36,608 bases of DNA from Octopus bimaculoides (GCF_001194135.2 NC_068985.1:119380661-119417268), one strand, 5' to 3'. Numbered from the stretch's first letter, positions 11,516-23,265 are shown. The notes: a model not told the origin generated them from the letters alone. Numbers and translations: made by a program.

Positions 11516-12115
11516 GGATCTTTGGGGTTTGACGGGCAACATTTGTTTTCTTAACGAAACACTTTCAAACTTGGGACACTGGTAGAATGTGTCATATAAA
11601 ACAACTTCTTCTCTTAACCTTCTTAACAAAAAATTGTACATCGCAAGTTATTTCATGTTAAAGTTGTCGTATTTCTGTAATTTCAACCAATCACTGACGT
11701 CTATTCAGCTGAATACAGTTACTGCTGTTCGGTGTCAAGTGTGTTATTCCCTGTTTAATTATATCATTATTCCCTAGTAAGGGTTTAGGGTNNNNNNNNN
11801 NTTAGGGTTGGGGTTAGGGTTAGGGTTATGGTTATGAGTTATAGGGTTAGAGTTAAGGTTATGGTAAAAATAATCATAACCCTAACTGTAATCCTAAAAC
11901 TAACCCTAACTCTAAAACCCGGACCCTAACCCTAAAACCCTAAAGCTAAAACCAGTACAAACGCACGAACGACAATTTTTTTACATAAAATAACTTCGAA
12001 TACAAACTTTTTTATCTGTTCTATACCACAAAATATACAAATATTCGAAGTTTGAAAGTGTTTCGGTACCAAAAACACTATAAAAAAAATGTTGCCCGTC
12101 AAACCCCAAAGATCC
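11516..12115. mobile_element. MITE/foldback DNA transposon with 29 bp TIRs, 8 bp TSD and internal telomere-like repeats
   Basis: TIR GGATCTTTGGGGTTTGACGGGCAACATTT at 11516-11544 and its exact reverse complement at 12087-12115. TSD GAACACGG at 11508-11515 and 12116-12123. Confidence 0.9.
11778..11950. repeat. Degenerate head-to-head TTAGGG / CCCTAA repeats (interrupted by a 10 N gap)
   Basis: ttagggttggggttagggttagggttatgg at 11802-11865, then ataaccctaactgtaatcctaa..ccctaaccctaaaaccctaa at 11876-11945. Confidence 0.85.
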
Positions 12116-12865
12116 GAACACGGAAACACTCTTCCCCAAGCTCCAAACCTTTGAGTCAATGGTCTGAGTTTCTGACCCGCACTCTTCCAGACAACGAGTT
12201 TAACAAAATATCTAGATATTGATGAAAACATACTATACGAAGGTGCTGTGAAGATAGATGGAATATCTAAAGAAAATTATGCTAAAGAAGGATAGGACAG
12301 TTTGAGCTTTGTAAGTCAATACACCACAATGCTTTTGCTGTACCGGTATTGATACCAACATTTGCGATATTTAACTGATCTCTAGATCTACAAAAACAGT
12401 GATATTGACAAAGCCTGTCTCAGAAACGGCCAAATTTTGATTATTGTTTTCTTACGTCTGCGAGAAGTTCTGTTCCATCGACATTAAAACCCGGAAGATA
12501 CTGACATCGACTACAAACTGTTATTGCTAAAATCTGATATTGTTAAAATCTATCTCTGAAGATGAGGAAGAGGCTTAAGATCAGTACAGGCAGTCTCTTA
12601 TATCAGCCATCGTATATCCCCCAGGCAGTATCAGCTAAACAATGACTACAAAAATAGATAAATTAACCAAGTGCTTGAAAACGAAGTGAATAACATACTG
12701 CAAGTTTTTAGTGAACTCCCCCAAGAAGTACTTCCCTTCTGATAACTTCTCATTTGAGCCTAGAAGTGCAGACCAGGATATCTCAACAAAGACCTGGAAG
12801 AGAAGCAATCTGCACTAAAGAAAAAGGTTATGCGTGGCTATATTTTCCGTGAACTTGAAGAGGAC

Positions 12866-13089
12866 AATAATATTGGTTTCAAATTTTGGCACAAGGCCAG
12901 CAATTTCGGGGGTTGAACTAAGTCGATTATATCGATCCCAGTGCTCAATTGGTATTTATTCTATCGGCCCCTAAAAGATGAAAGGCATAATTAACCTTGG
13001 TGGAATTTGAACTCAGAACTTAAAGACGGACGAAATGCCACTAAGCATTTTGCCCGGCGTGTTAACGACTCTGCCAGCTCGTCGCTTTA
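12866..13089 (-). mobile_element. tRNA-derived SINE (family C), copy 1 of a tandem pair
   Basis: Minus strand: tRNA-like head with B box GAGTTCAAATTCC, a gcctttcatcctt..gg..cgata core and tail ..ggccttgtgccaaaatttgaaacc. Confidence 0.85.
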
Positions 13090-13099
13090 GGGAGGATGA

Positions 13100-13313
13100 T
13101 AATATTGGTTTCAAATTTTATCACAAGGCCAGCAAGTTCGGGGAGAGGGGTTAAGTCGATATTATGGACCCAGTGCTCAACTGGTACTTATATTTTCGAC
13201 CCCGAAAGGATGAAAGGCAAAGTCGGCCTCGGCAGAATTTGAACTCAGAACGTAAAGACGGACCAAATGTCGCTAAGCATTTCGCCCGGCATGCTAACAA
13301 TTCTGCTAGCTTA
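13100..13313 (-). mobile_element. tRNA-derived SINE (family C), copy 2 of a tandem pair
   Basis: Same structure as copy 1, with many independent substitutions. Confidence 0.85.
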
Positions 13314-13725
13314 GGGAGGCGGATTGTATTAACATGAAGTGTAATATTGGATTTGTGACCGTTACATCATGGTTCATCATGAAGGCTACATTTTTGCAAT
13401 CCATGAGTAGGATATAACTAGGAAATAGCAAAATAAAAATATACGTGACTGTGAAGACCTTAAAATCCCAAGATGCAGCAGCAAATGTCAATGACGTTAC
13501 TCCTTTGTTAGAAATATAACAAATGTCATTAGCAGCTATCTAAAATGTCATCGAGTTACAACTCCCCACCGCGACACGATGTTGCTGAAACAATATACAA
13601 TGTTATCTGCAGGAAAGACGGTTCGTAGGATGAATTAAAACAGAACATACATAGAAATTAACCAAGCGGAATACATGCATAGATATTCATCAAGTGTAAA
13701 CGCAATAGAGCTGCTATAGTTATTT

Positions 13726-14616
13726 GAATCCAGGTAAAAAAGGCACAGAAAAGATGTCACAGAAAAAAAGTCACATGTAATGCCATCATATATAGTGTTG
13801 TCAATACATACAAGTCATGTATTGCCAGTTAATAACTGATTTAAAATATTTTCAGTTTTATTTCTTTAATTGTTTATGGTACTTTAATAAATTGTGATTG
13901 ATATGATTATTTTTTTGATTACCTCACTCTTTGTCCTAGCCAAAATTGTAACTTTTTACTGTGACTTTTTTTCTGTGGCTTTTTTTTCTAGCCAAAATTG
14001 TAACCTTTTCTGACCTTTTTTGCTTGACCTTATTACCAGCCACTAATTATTTGACGGAAAAAAAAAATCGTGCATAGTCTTAGAAGTTTATGAATATCTC
14101 TTTCAAAATTAACGGATAAAAGGATTGTTTTGAACTTGCATCGGCACTACTCTGGTTATGAATTAACATAACATTAATTATTGACTCACTATGTCTAAGT
14201 GACAATCGGGAAAAATGTAAGATTTTTAAGGAGGAAAAGAAATTGGGTAACATGTACTTTGCAGCGCAGCCGGTAATAAAGTCACAGGAAAAAAAGTCAC
14301 AATTTTGGCTAGGAAAAAAAAAAAGGTCACAATTAATTTATGGTGGCCGGTAATAAAGCCACAGGGAAAAAGTCATAGAAAAAAGTCACAATTTTGTCTA
14401 GGAAAGAAAGTCAGGTAATCAAAGAAAAATATTCAAGTCACAATTAATTAAAGTACCATAAACAATTAAAGTAATAAAACAAAATATTTTAAATCAGTTA
14501 TTATCTGGCAATACATGACTTGACAATATTAACAACACTATCTATATATGATGGCATTACATGTAACTTATTTTTCCGTGACTTTTTTACTTGAGACTTT
14601 TTCTTTACATGGATTC
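13726..14616. mobile_element. Foldback/MULE-like non-autonomous element with ~310 bp imperfect TIRs
   Basis: Ends GAATCCAGGTAAAAAAG and CTTTACATGGATTC. Arms 13726-14040 and 14262-14616 are reverse complements (e.g. acatgtaatgccatcatatatag / ctatatatgatggcattacatgt) with repeated AAAAAGTCACA motifs. No clear TSD. Confidence 0.8.
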
Positions 14617-14802
14617 CTTTTCAGATACAATCTGTAAGTGGAACAGTTAAATTATGCAATATATTTTTAAAGTCCAAAATGTAACAATTATCGTTGTTAT
14701 TATCAAAATTTCAGGAATGGAGCGTTATTATTTTCGTTAAAAACCTACTCTTTTTACCAGGAAAAATTCGAATAAATAAAAAAAACTAAAGTCAGTAAAG
14801 TT

Positions 14803-15108
14803 ACACACACACAATGGACTCTTCCGGTGTTAGACGACGTATGAGGTCTCAGCAATTCCTTACTGAATAACCATAGAGTTGATTTGTTTATAGTGATAAA
14901 ATGTTTGTGTTCACATAAGCTCACTCCCTCCATCGAATCGACATTACCTGTACACGATGTGCCACATGTCAGATGACGAAAGGATCGCGGAGCAACGTGA
15001 AATGATGTGTTTTGCTGAAGAACTCAACGTAATGTCTGGTCTGGGAATCGAAACTACGATTCCGCAATCGGGAGTGCAAAACCCCAAATATCAAGCCATG
15101 CACCTTTA
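14803..15108 (-). mobile_element. Degenerate tRNA-derived SINE (family E)
   Basis: Minus-strand head ggtgcatggcttg..gtagtttcgattcccagaccag with a B box, followed by gttgagttcttcagcaaaacac..tttcacgttgctcc. Confidence 0.65.
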
Positions 15109-15120
15109 CACACACACACA

Positions 15121-15179
<59 letters not shown>

Positions 15180-15272
15180 TCTCCCTCTCTCATACATACA
15201 CGCGCGTGTGTGTGTGTGTGTACAAACACATATAGATATATATGTATAGATATTTTCCAGATTTTGGTTATA

Positions 15273-15328
<56 letters not shown>

Positions 15329-15927
15329 CCATATACATGCATATACATGCCCAGACATATACACATACCTGTGCATATGCAAACACACACAAATATGCAC
15401 ACATATATTTATTTATACGCATTTAGATGACTTTAACGCCTAAAAATATATAATATAATAAGTAAAGCCTATAAAAAGTGAACCAACCGAAAGCTAAAAT
15501 AGTGAATAGAGTCAAACGAGAGATGTACGCCGTGACCAAGTCACGTGGTTAAATGTATCTCAGCCGGCAGATATGGTGTGAATATTGAAGCTTGTTTGTC
15601 TTTTTAAAAAGAACAAAAGGATCCAAAGGAAGCAGACTAAAGAAACTAGTGATGGTCTGCCTCGACAAATACTAAGAACAAAAAGTTCAAAACTGAAATA
15701 GAATAGGCGCAGACAGATGCGCGGTTAAGAAGTTCGCTTTTCAGTTACTTAGTTCAAAGTTCGCTCCTACTAAGTGACTTCTTATTTAGGGCGGTAGAGT
15801 GTGATTTGAATGAAATTTGGTTATGTTCTTTTGTTGAGGCAGTACATCTCAGCTCACATCATCTACTGAACCGAAATGTACTCACATCATGTAGTGAGTT
15901 CACATCATTTAGTGAGCCGAGATCACC

Positions 15928-16187
15928 CAGTGGGTTTCAGCTGGAGTCCATATGATACTTGGGGGGTCCATATAAGATTTAAAAAAAAATTATGTGTAAT
16001 AAATTGCTTATACATTCTACAATACACAAAATATTTTAACAATGTTAATTTTAACAATTATTCCTAATAATATTTAATTATAAAAATACAATAAGATTTC
16101 TTTTATACAGCGAATGGCTATGGAAGTCCAGTAGAATAAGAAAGGAATAAAAGGGGTCTATAGGCGAAAAATGGTTGCAAACCACTG
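15928..16187. mobile_element. Old hAT-Charlie-like MITE
   Basis: Ends CAGTGGGTTTCAGC and GGTTGCAAACCACTG, with ggggtccat/ggggtctat subterminal motifs and an AT-rich core. TSD not recoverable. Confidence 0.6.
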
Positions 16188-16518
16188 ATTTGGTGCATTT
16201 TTTTAAAAAATCGGTAAAGTGTTATTTGAGTAAAATTTGTCTATTAATTATAGCAAATCGAATGATAGCGTATAAGATCCCATAGTTGGTTAAAAAAACT
16301 GCCCAAAAAATCTGTCTGAGGTTTTACGGTTTCTGCTACTCCTCTGTTATCTGAATATTGATCTCTAGCAAACATATGATGGTGGTGGGAATAATCAATT
16401 AAATCAATCCCAGTATATGATTAGCATTTGTCAATTTCAGAAGAATGTAAGTTAAAATCAATTTAGAATGTAAACGGATGGATGTAAATGACTTCATGAC
16501 GCCATTTTGCTAGGCGCT

Positions 16519-16633
16519 GTACCACCCGTTACCACCTGTCACTGTCCGTTACCGCTCGCTACCGCCCGTTACCACCCATCACCGCCCGTTACCACCCATA
16601 ACCACTCGTCACTGCTCGTCGCCTTCTGCCACT
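16519..16633. repeat. GC-rich ~10 bp minisatellite (ACCRCCCGTT)n
   Basis: About eleven degenerate units visible. Confidence 0.85.
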
Positions 16634-16721
16634 CTCATGATTTCTAACGCAGATACAAGTTTACTTATTTCGAGAAGTTTAGTCTATAATATAAATTCAC
16701 CAGTATTTGAGAAGTGTCAGA

Positions 16722-16815
16722 GAGGTACTGGGCTCAATTTGTTCGACCAAATCGTTCAAGGCGGTATTCCAGCATGGCCGGAGTCTTCTGAGTGAAACAA
16801 GTAAAAGATAAAAGC
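16722..16815 (+). mobile_element. SINE family A tail fragment
   Basis: atttgttcgacc..caaggcggtattccagcatggccg..tgaaacaagtaaaagataaaa. Confidence 0.7.
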
Positions 16816-17248
16816 TAAAAATAACAAAAAAAAAAGATAATTAAAATTGTTAGAAGCTTAACACTCGAACACATATCGTGACAAGAATAGTAATCTCGTT
16901 CAAAACATTGAATTCTACAATTGTTTGTATATTGTACTTTGGTTACTTAGACTAAGGGAATAAGAAACAATAGACGACACTTGTATCTGAAAGCAGAAAC
17001 ATGAAGCAACTTAACTATTTAAACTAAAGCATCTTGTCAAGCGTGTAGCTTCCATAAGAGAATAAATAATGAGATTGAGCTTCAGCTGGAAATTAGAATT
17101 AGGTCAGCTAACTGGAAGCTGACTATCAAACTGTCGGTGCTAATATACTAATACATATAAACTCATACATACATACATACACACATGCATACATACATAC
17201 ACACATGCATACATGCATACATACACACATACATACATACATACATAC

Positions 17249-19265
17249 ATAGCCCTTCAACTTGCTAAACTTCCAGTGAGCATAGTCAAAGCCGTAGATG
17301 ACCTAACTTCATCGTGGGCCACCATTTCAAAATTAAACAAAAAGAGTGGCTGTATTATCACTGATAGAATACAATATCGCAAAGGCATATTCCAAAGGGA
17401 CAGCCTCTCTGCGATGTTGTTTATTACTTTCTGTAAACCTCTTGTCATTCATGTTAAGAAAGTTTGAGAATATCTCACTGGTTCACAAGGAGACAGAAAT
17501 ACCAAGATTACACAGTTTCTTTCTGGATGACTTGAAACTTTATGAGATGATAACGAGCCTTGACCTAGTTACCACATCCTCAAAGGATGTAGGGTTGGAG
17601 TTTGGTCAGGATAAATGCGGTTATATGGTTGGGAAAACTATAAACCAGACTAGCAACATCTCTATCAATGATTTGACTGTTTCCCCTATATCTGACGAGG
17701 AATGTTACAAGTATCTAGGTGTGGAGGAAAACATATCTTACAATGGCACCTGTAACAAAACACTTGTCACTAAAGAATATTACAGCCGAATAAAGAAAAT
17801 TTGGACCTCAGAACTCTCTGCATTCAATAAAACAGTGACCCACAATATGTTTGCAGTGCCATTACAAATGCCAACATTTGGGTTGCTTGATTGAACGCTT
17901 GATGAGATCCGAGCCATTGATGTGAAAACCCGGAAGATACTAACAAGCACACATAATTTCCACATAAACAGTGACTTAGACCGCTTCTACCTAAAACGAA
18001 AGCAAGGAGGCAGAGGCTTAACATCGATCCAAAATGCCTTTGAAGGTCGTATCATATCCCTTCGGCAACATCTTTTAACCACCAAGCGTCGAAGGTCATA
18101 CCTTGACCAAGTTTGCATACATGAAGCTGATAACATCATAAGACTTGGAAGGCAGCTCCTTGAAGAACATTCCTTGTCTGATAACCTAGAATACATGCCC
18201 AAAGAACTCGCACGACTCTACCGCAACGTATCATCAGATGAAAAGACCATATATGAGCAGAAGACTAAGCTAGTAGAAATCTCCGTGATGATAGTAACAT
18301 TGATCATCAAAGCAGTCTATCATGGACCAATATCCGGATTACTACCTCCCACTTTGAAGGGTATTGCTTTCGCAATCCAGGAACAGGAAATATCAACCAA
18401 ATGCATGATGCACAAAAAGGATAGAGATGCAGGAAATGCAGTAAAATGTTACAACCAATGCAGACTTTGTGGAGTTAACACCGAAGATATCACCTATATC
18501 ATAAGCAGTTGTCCGAAAATGTCATCATGATATTATCTGCCGATAAGACATGAAGTTGTAGCTAGGACACTCTATAATGAAATCCGTCGGAAGGATAACC
18601 CCGAGGACAAAGAAATAAGAACCCACAGTATTGTAGAATCCATAGCCACTCATAATAAAAAGGAATACTGGTGGAATGTCCCAGTGAAAACCTCAATAAA
18701 ATATAAGCACAACAGACCTGATGTAATGATTTGGGATAGAGAAGAGAAACTGTGCACAGTTGTGGAAATTAGCTGCCCAGCGGATGTTAACATAAAGCTG
18801 AAGATCAGTGAAAAAGAGAACACCTATGCTGAACTATTGAGAAATCTGCAGTTACTCTATCCAGATTACAAGTTCAGGTTTATACCTGTAATTATTTGGG
18901 TTCTGGGATACGTAACACACTGCCTAAATCAGGCTTATCAAAACCAGAAAGGTAATTCGAAGATTACAGATCCAATCGATCACTGGAACTGTAAAAATCT
19001 GTAAAACTTTCCAGAAGTTTATCATTTAAGTCTATACGAGCGTGTCTAGGTCTGTAAGTACATGCATGAGAAGACATGCATAAAACAAAGCATACACATC
19101 TGCACATATACATACATACATATATACATACATACATACTTACATACATACGTACAAACAAAAATACCCCGTTGTTGATGTTGAAATTCCAATGAAGGAG
19201 CCATGGATCTCGGTTAGAAATCGGCTCTTTCTCTATTGGCAAAAAGATCTTGAAATAAAACGGAA
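17249..19265 (+). mobile_element. 5'-truncated R4/Dong-clade non-LTR retrotransposon (RT, zinc knuckle, RLE, 3'UTR); inactive
   Basis: RT motifs GIFQRDSLS (ex-GIFQGDSLSP), LHSFFLDDLKLY and YKYLGVEEN; GGRGL; CRLC..EDITYIISSC (H changed to Y); RLE NRPDVMIWD..VEISCP..K..EKENTY. Stops at ~17892 and ~18528 plus frameshifts. Confidence 0.92.
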
Positions 19266-19294
19266 CACACTCTCTCTCTTTACACGCGAGCGCG

Positions 19295-19296
<2 letters not shown>

Positions 19297-19383
<87 letters not shown>

Positions 19384-19425
19384 ACACACACACACACACA
19401 CTCACACACACACACAAACACACAC
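19297..19425. repeat. (CA)n microsatellite
   Basis: Directly visible. Confidence 0.95.
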
Positions 19426-19434
19426 AAAGTTTCA

Positions 19435-19560
19435 GGAATGGCAGTGTGGTTAATGAGTTCGCGTGTCCAAATTAAGTTCTGCAATGTAGTCCCTTATCTT
19501 CTACTATAGTATCACCAAGAATGTGTTCTAGTAAACGGAAACTGTACGGAAGATCGCCAT
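19435..19560 (+). mobile_element. Highly degenerate SINE head (family A/B)
   Basis: gaatggcagtgtggttaa..tcttctactatag..gtaaacggaaactgtacggaag. Confidence 0.5.
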
Positions 19561-19750
19561 ATACATACATATATACAGATATACATACATACATACATAC
19601 AGACAAACAGACATATATATATGCATACACATACACACATATACATAGTAGATATAAACATACATGTATACATCCATAAACGCACACACATACGTGCTTT
19701 TTCTCGGACTATTCTTTTCCTTCTCTTCAGACTTTTCCCCTTTTCTCTTC

Positions 19751-19777
19751 CTGATGAAGAGCCACGCTCGAAATGTC
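19751..19777 (+). ncRNA. Degenerate hammerhead-ribozyme-like core (Penelope-type remnant)
   Basis: CTGATGA-A-GAGC(CAC)GCTC-GAAA-TG-TC. Stem II is intact; stem I is not formed. Confidence 0.4.
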
Positions 19778-20561
19778 ACACCATCTCTTTTTTCCATCTT
19801 AAACTGAGCGTCAACCCAATACATTCACTGTGTACGACTTTATGACTTTTGTTGTTTTTGTTTTTATTATTGATTAGCCTTTATATGTATATTTATGTGT
19901 ACATAAATGTATATGTATACATACGTATATATTCACATATATGACATTTTTGTATTAGCATGTGTTCAGCATTGGCTACATGCATAAAGATGTAGAAATG
20001 TCTATCGAGCATTCTAACAGCTACTATTGAATTATTTTCGTCTGCTACTGATATATTTGTGTTTTTAAGCATAGTACGTCCATAAAAAGACGTCCTCGGA
20101 CAAATACCTTAATTAATTTGCTTTTCCACGATGTATTTGCATTTACTATGATACTATGATACTGTCGGAAATTCAGTAATGAAGTTGCCAAACGACGTAG
20201 TCGTACATGGATTTATGGAAACCCACGGACAATATCGACACTATTATGTTCGCTTCATTGACAATATGTTAGTCATTTTACACTGAAAAGAGTAGGATTT
20301 CTGCTATTAAAGTAAAACAGAAAGACATTAAATTTTGATTCGCCATTACGATGAGAAATAACTCCAAGTATATGAATAAATTATGAATTAATGACAAATG
20401 ATTTTAATTCGAGCAACAAGAGAATTGGTAATTCAAACTTTGTCACTGAGTTTATCATTTATATGCAGCCATGAATTGGTGTTTACAACAGTATGATTAC
20501 TATTATACACATATGCATGCATGCATACATACATACATACATACATACATACATACATACA

Positions 20562-20936
20562 TGTTGTTGTTGTTGGCACTTCGTCGCTTACGACGTCGAG
20601 GGTTCCAGTCGATCCGATCAACAGAACAGCCTGCTCGTGAAATTAACGTGCAAGTGGCTGAGCACTCCACAGACACGTGTACCCTTAACGTAGTTCTCGG
20701 GGATATTCAGCGTGACACGGAGTGTAACAAGGCTGACCCTTTGAATTACAGGCACAACAGAAGAGAAAGTTGTGGTGGAAGAGTACTGCAGGGTTCGCCA
20801 CCATCCCCTGCCGGAGCCTCGTGGAGTTTTAGGTGTTTTCGCTCAATAAGCACTCACAACGCCCGGTCTGGGAATCGAAACCGCGATCCTACGACCGCGA
20901 GTCCGCTGCCCTAACCACTGGCCATTGCGCCTCCAC
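20562..20936 (-). mobile_element. Young, near-intact tRNA-derived SINE (family D) with (AAC)n tail
   Basis: Minus-strand head gtggaggcgcaatggccagtggttaggg..ggtttcgattcccag with A and B boxes, CpGs retained, tail ..acgaagtgccaacaacaacaac. Embedded in (CATA)n. Confidence 0.9.
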
Positions 20937-21443
20937 TCACATACATACACACATACATACATACATACATACATACATGATGGCTGTATACTCCTTAGTT
21001 GAGCATGACCATCGCTGACAGTGTCGGCAATGCCAATACACGTGTTCTAAGTCGAGCGCGGTTTGCACAACGCCTTAATGTTATCTGTTTTGGTATTGCT
21101 ATTGTTTATAACATATTCACCATTTCACAATTTTATTTTTATCTATATTTATACTTCTTATTTTCTCACGATATAAAGAAAATATGAAAATATAGCATTT
21201 GGCGGATACACAATCTAAAAGAGCACATTTTGATGTAAGTCTGATGAAATGCCACGTTAGTGTTTAAAACCATTAACATAACGTAACTTTTCACAGTGAT
21301 CTTTTGCGGGCAATGGCTTTAAAACAGAGTGATACAGAAACAATTATAACTGGTCATTAAATATGTGCTAAACTCGTACTTTATCTTATTCGGATTATAT
21401 ACATACATTAATACCTACATAAACGTACACACACACACACGCG

Positions 21444-21499
<56 letters not shown>

Positions 21500-22035
21500 T
21501 ACATACACACACATGCATACATAATCAAGACATTGTTAAGAAGAATGAATAATATACACCTTCAAAATTTATTTATTACGGTATTATTCGCATTAAATTC
21601 CAATGATTACACGTGTTTCTGCTGCATAAGTACCCTAGTATCATTTGATATGGCATTTATGTGCATTTAGCTGAATCATTTGCAGTACATATTCATCCAA
21701 GACAGACATTTCTATGCAGCTTTGTTCAAGGTTTTACTCACGCGAGTGGGTGAAGCGAACACTCTTCCTTTATGTTATATATATATATGAAATATATTCT
21801 TTTTTATGCTGCGTTCACCAGAAGTACACCCTCACAAGGGTATTAAATCGAGTTGCCAACACCCACATTGTTACGCAGTTCAAATAAATCGACTGACTTT
21901 TCTCTGACTGCCTGTATATCACCTGTTAATTACGAATCCACACATTCGGAAAGAACTACGTTGGTGTATAATAATATATGCACGTATACAAATGACATGC
22001 ACACATATAACCTTTGTAAAGCGGATTGAGTAGCC

Positions 22036-22078
22036 GATTTCTGATGAGGTGTTAATAAGTGCTGAAACAAGTCTGATA
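22036..22078 (+). ncRNA. Degenerate minimal hammerhead motif
   Basis: CTGATGA-GGTGTT(AATA)AGTGCT-GAAA-CAA-GTC. Stem II pairs largely through G.U wobbles; stem I is weak. Confidence 0.45.
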
Positions 22079-22229
22079 AACCTCATTTTGTGGCTACAGA
22101 GGAAAAATCCTTGATTTACACGTTACGTCCATTTTTTCACAATAAGTTACACTCACGCACCTATTCCCCCATGTCTTCGGATAAGAATACTATACTTAGT
22201 TTGAAACTTATGAAAACCTCTAATCCTCT

Positions 22230-22242
22230 GTCTGCCTGCGTG

Positions 22243-22280
<38 letters not shown>

Positions 22281-22344
22281 TGTCTGTCTGTCTGTCTGCC
22301 TGTCTCTCTCTCTCCCCCTCTGTCTCTTTCTTTCTTTCTTTTTT

Positions 22345-22442
<98 letters not shown>

Positions 22443-22456
22443 CATACACACATAAA

Positions 22457-22505
<49 letters not shown>

Positions 22506-22743
22506 ATATATGTATTATATATATATGCCCATATACACATTTATGCAGGCACACACTCACACAGGCACACATATATATGTATACACGCACCAGTACGTGT
22601 GTGTGTGTGCACGTGCGTGTATATATATATGTATGTATATGCATGTTTATATTTATATATCTATGTGTGTGTGTAAGTACGTTTATGTCTATATGCATAA
22701 ACACTTGTATATACACACATGTATGTACATATATACACATACA

Positions 22744-22803
<60 letters not shown>

Positions 22804-22830
22804 CATGTATGTATGTATGCATGCGTGTGT
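22230..22830. repeat. Compound microsatellite (TG, TCTG, TTTC, TC, TA, TATG)
   Basis: Directly visible. Confidence 0.95.
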
Positions 22831-23182
22831 GTGACTAGGAGTGGGTGTCTGTGCATTTATGGATAGTGCACAATAAAGATTTTTCAATTAATTTCTATTG
22901 TGACATATTTAACAGCACGCCTGTCAGCAATTTCTCAAACTACTCCCTTTATTAACAATTATAATTCTCACAAATGTCACCTAAAAAACACCTTCCCTAT
23001 TTACTCCTTTGTTCTCCACTCACCTCAATTTAACAGGTTTTTTTTTATGATTTCTGTTTTTTTTGTTTGTATTCAGCAGCTCAAACTTGCAATCGAGAAA
23101 TGAATTCGAATTGAGTAATAGTTATTTTTTTTTCCTTTTACTATTCAAAAGCAAAACGAAGCTTAAAAACCGCAACATAATA

Positions 23183-23265
23183 GTGTTGATGATGATGATG
23201 ATAATGACGACGACGACGACGACAATGATGAGAACAATGATGTTGATGATGATGACAATAAATAA
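23183..23265. repeat. (GAT)n/(GAC)n trinucleotide tract
   Basis: Directly visible. Confidence 0.9.

Larger units (their letters stand above)
12150..13725 (+). mobile_element. Old R4/Dong-clade LINE relic, interrupted by a SINE pair
   Basis: KYL.IDENI at ~12205 and atcgacattaaaacccggaagatactgac (IDIKTRKILT) at ~12478. After the SINEs come FAI.E.DIT, a decayed zinc-knuckle/RHDV region and KCK.NR..IVI. Colinear with 17700-18730. Confidence 0.7.

Noticed and set aside
11778-11950. Chromosome-fusion scar or true telomere
   Set aside because: The head-to-head TTAGGG/CCCTAA tract is short, degenerate and enclosed by TIRs and an 8 bp TSD, so it is better explained as transposon-internal.
15850-15920. 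CRISPR-like repeat-spacer array (three CTCACATCAT units; also the 16519 array)
   Set aside because: Units are too short, spacers are similar to each other, there are no cas genes and the context is eukaryotic. These are simple tandem duplications.
20850-20936. tRNA gene
   Set aside because: It has A and B boxes but no complete cloverleaf or acceptor stem, and continues into a SINE body. The same applies to all other B-box hits.
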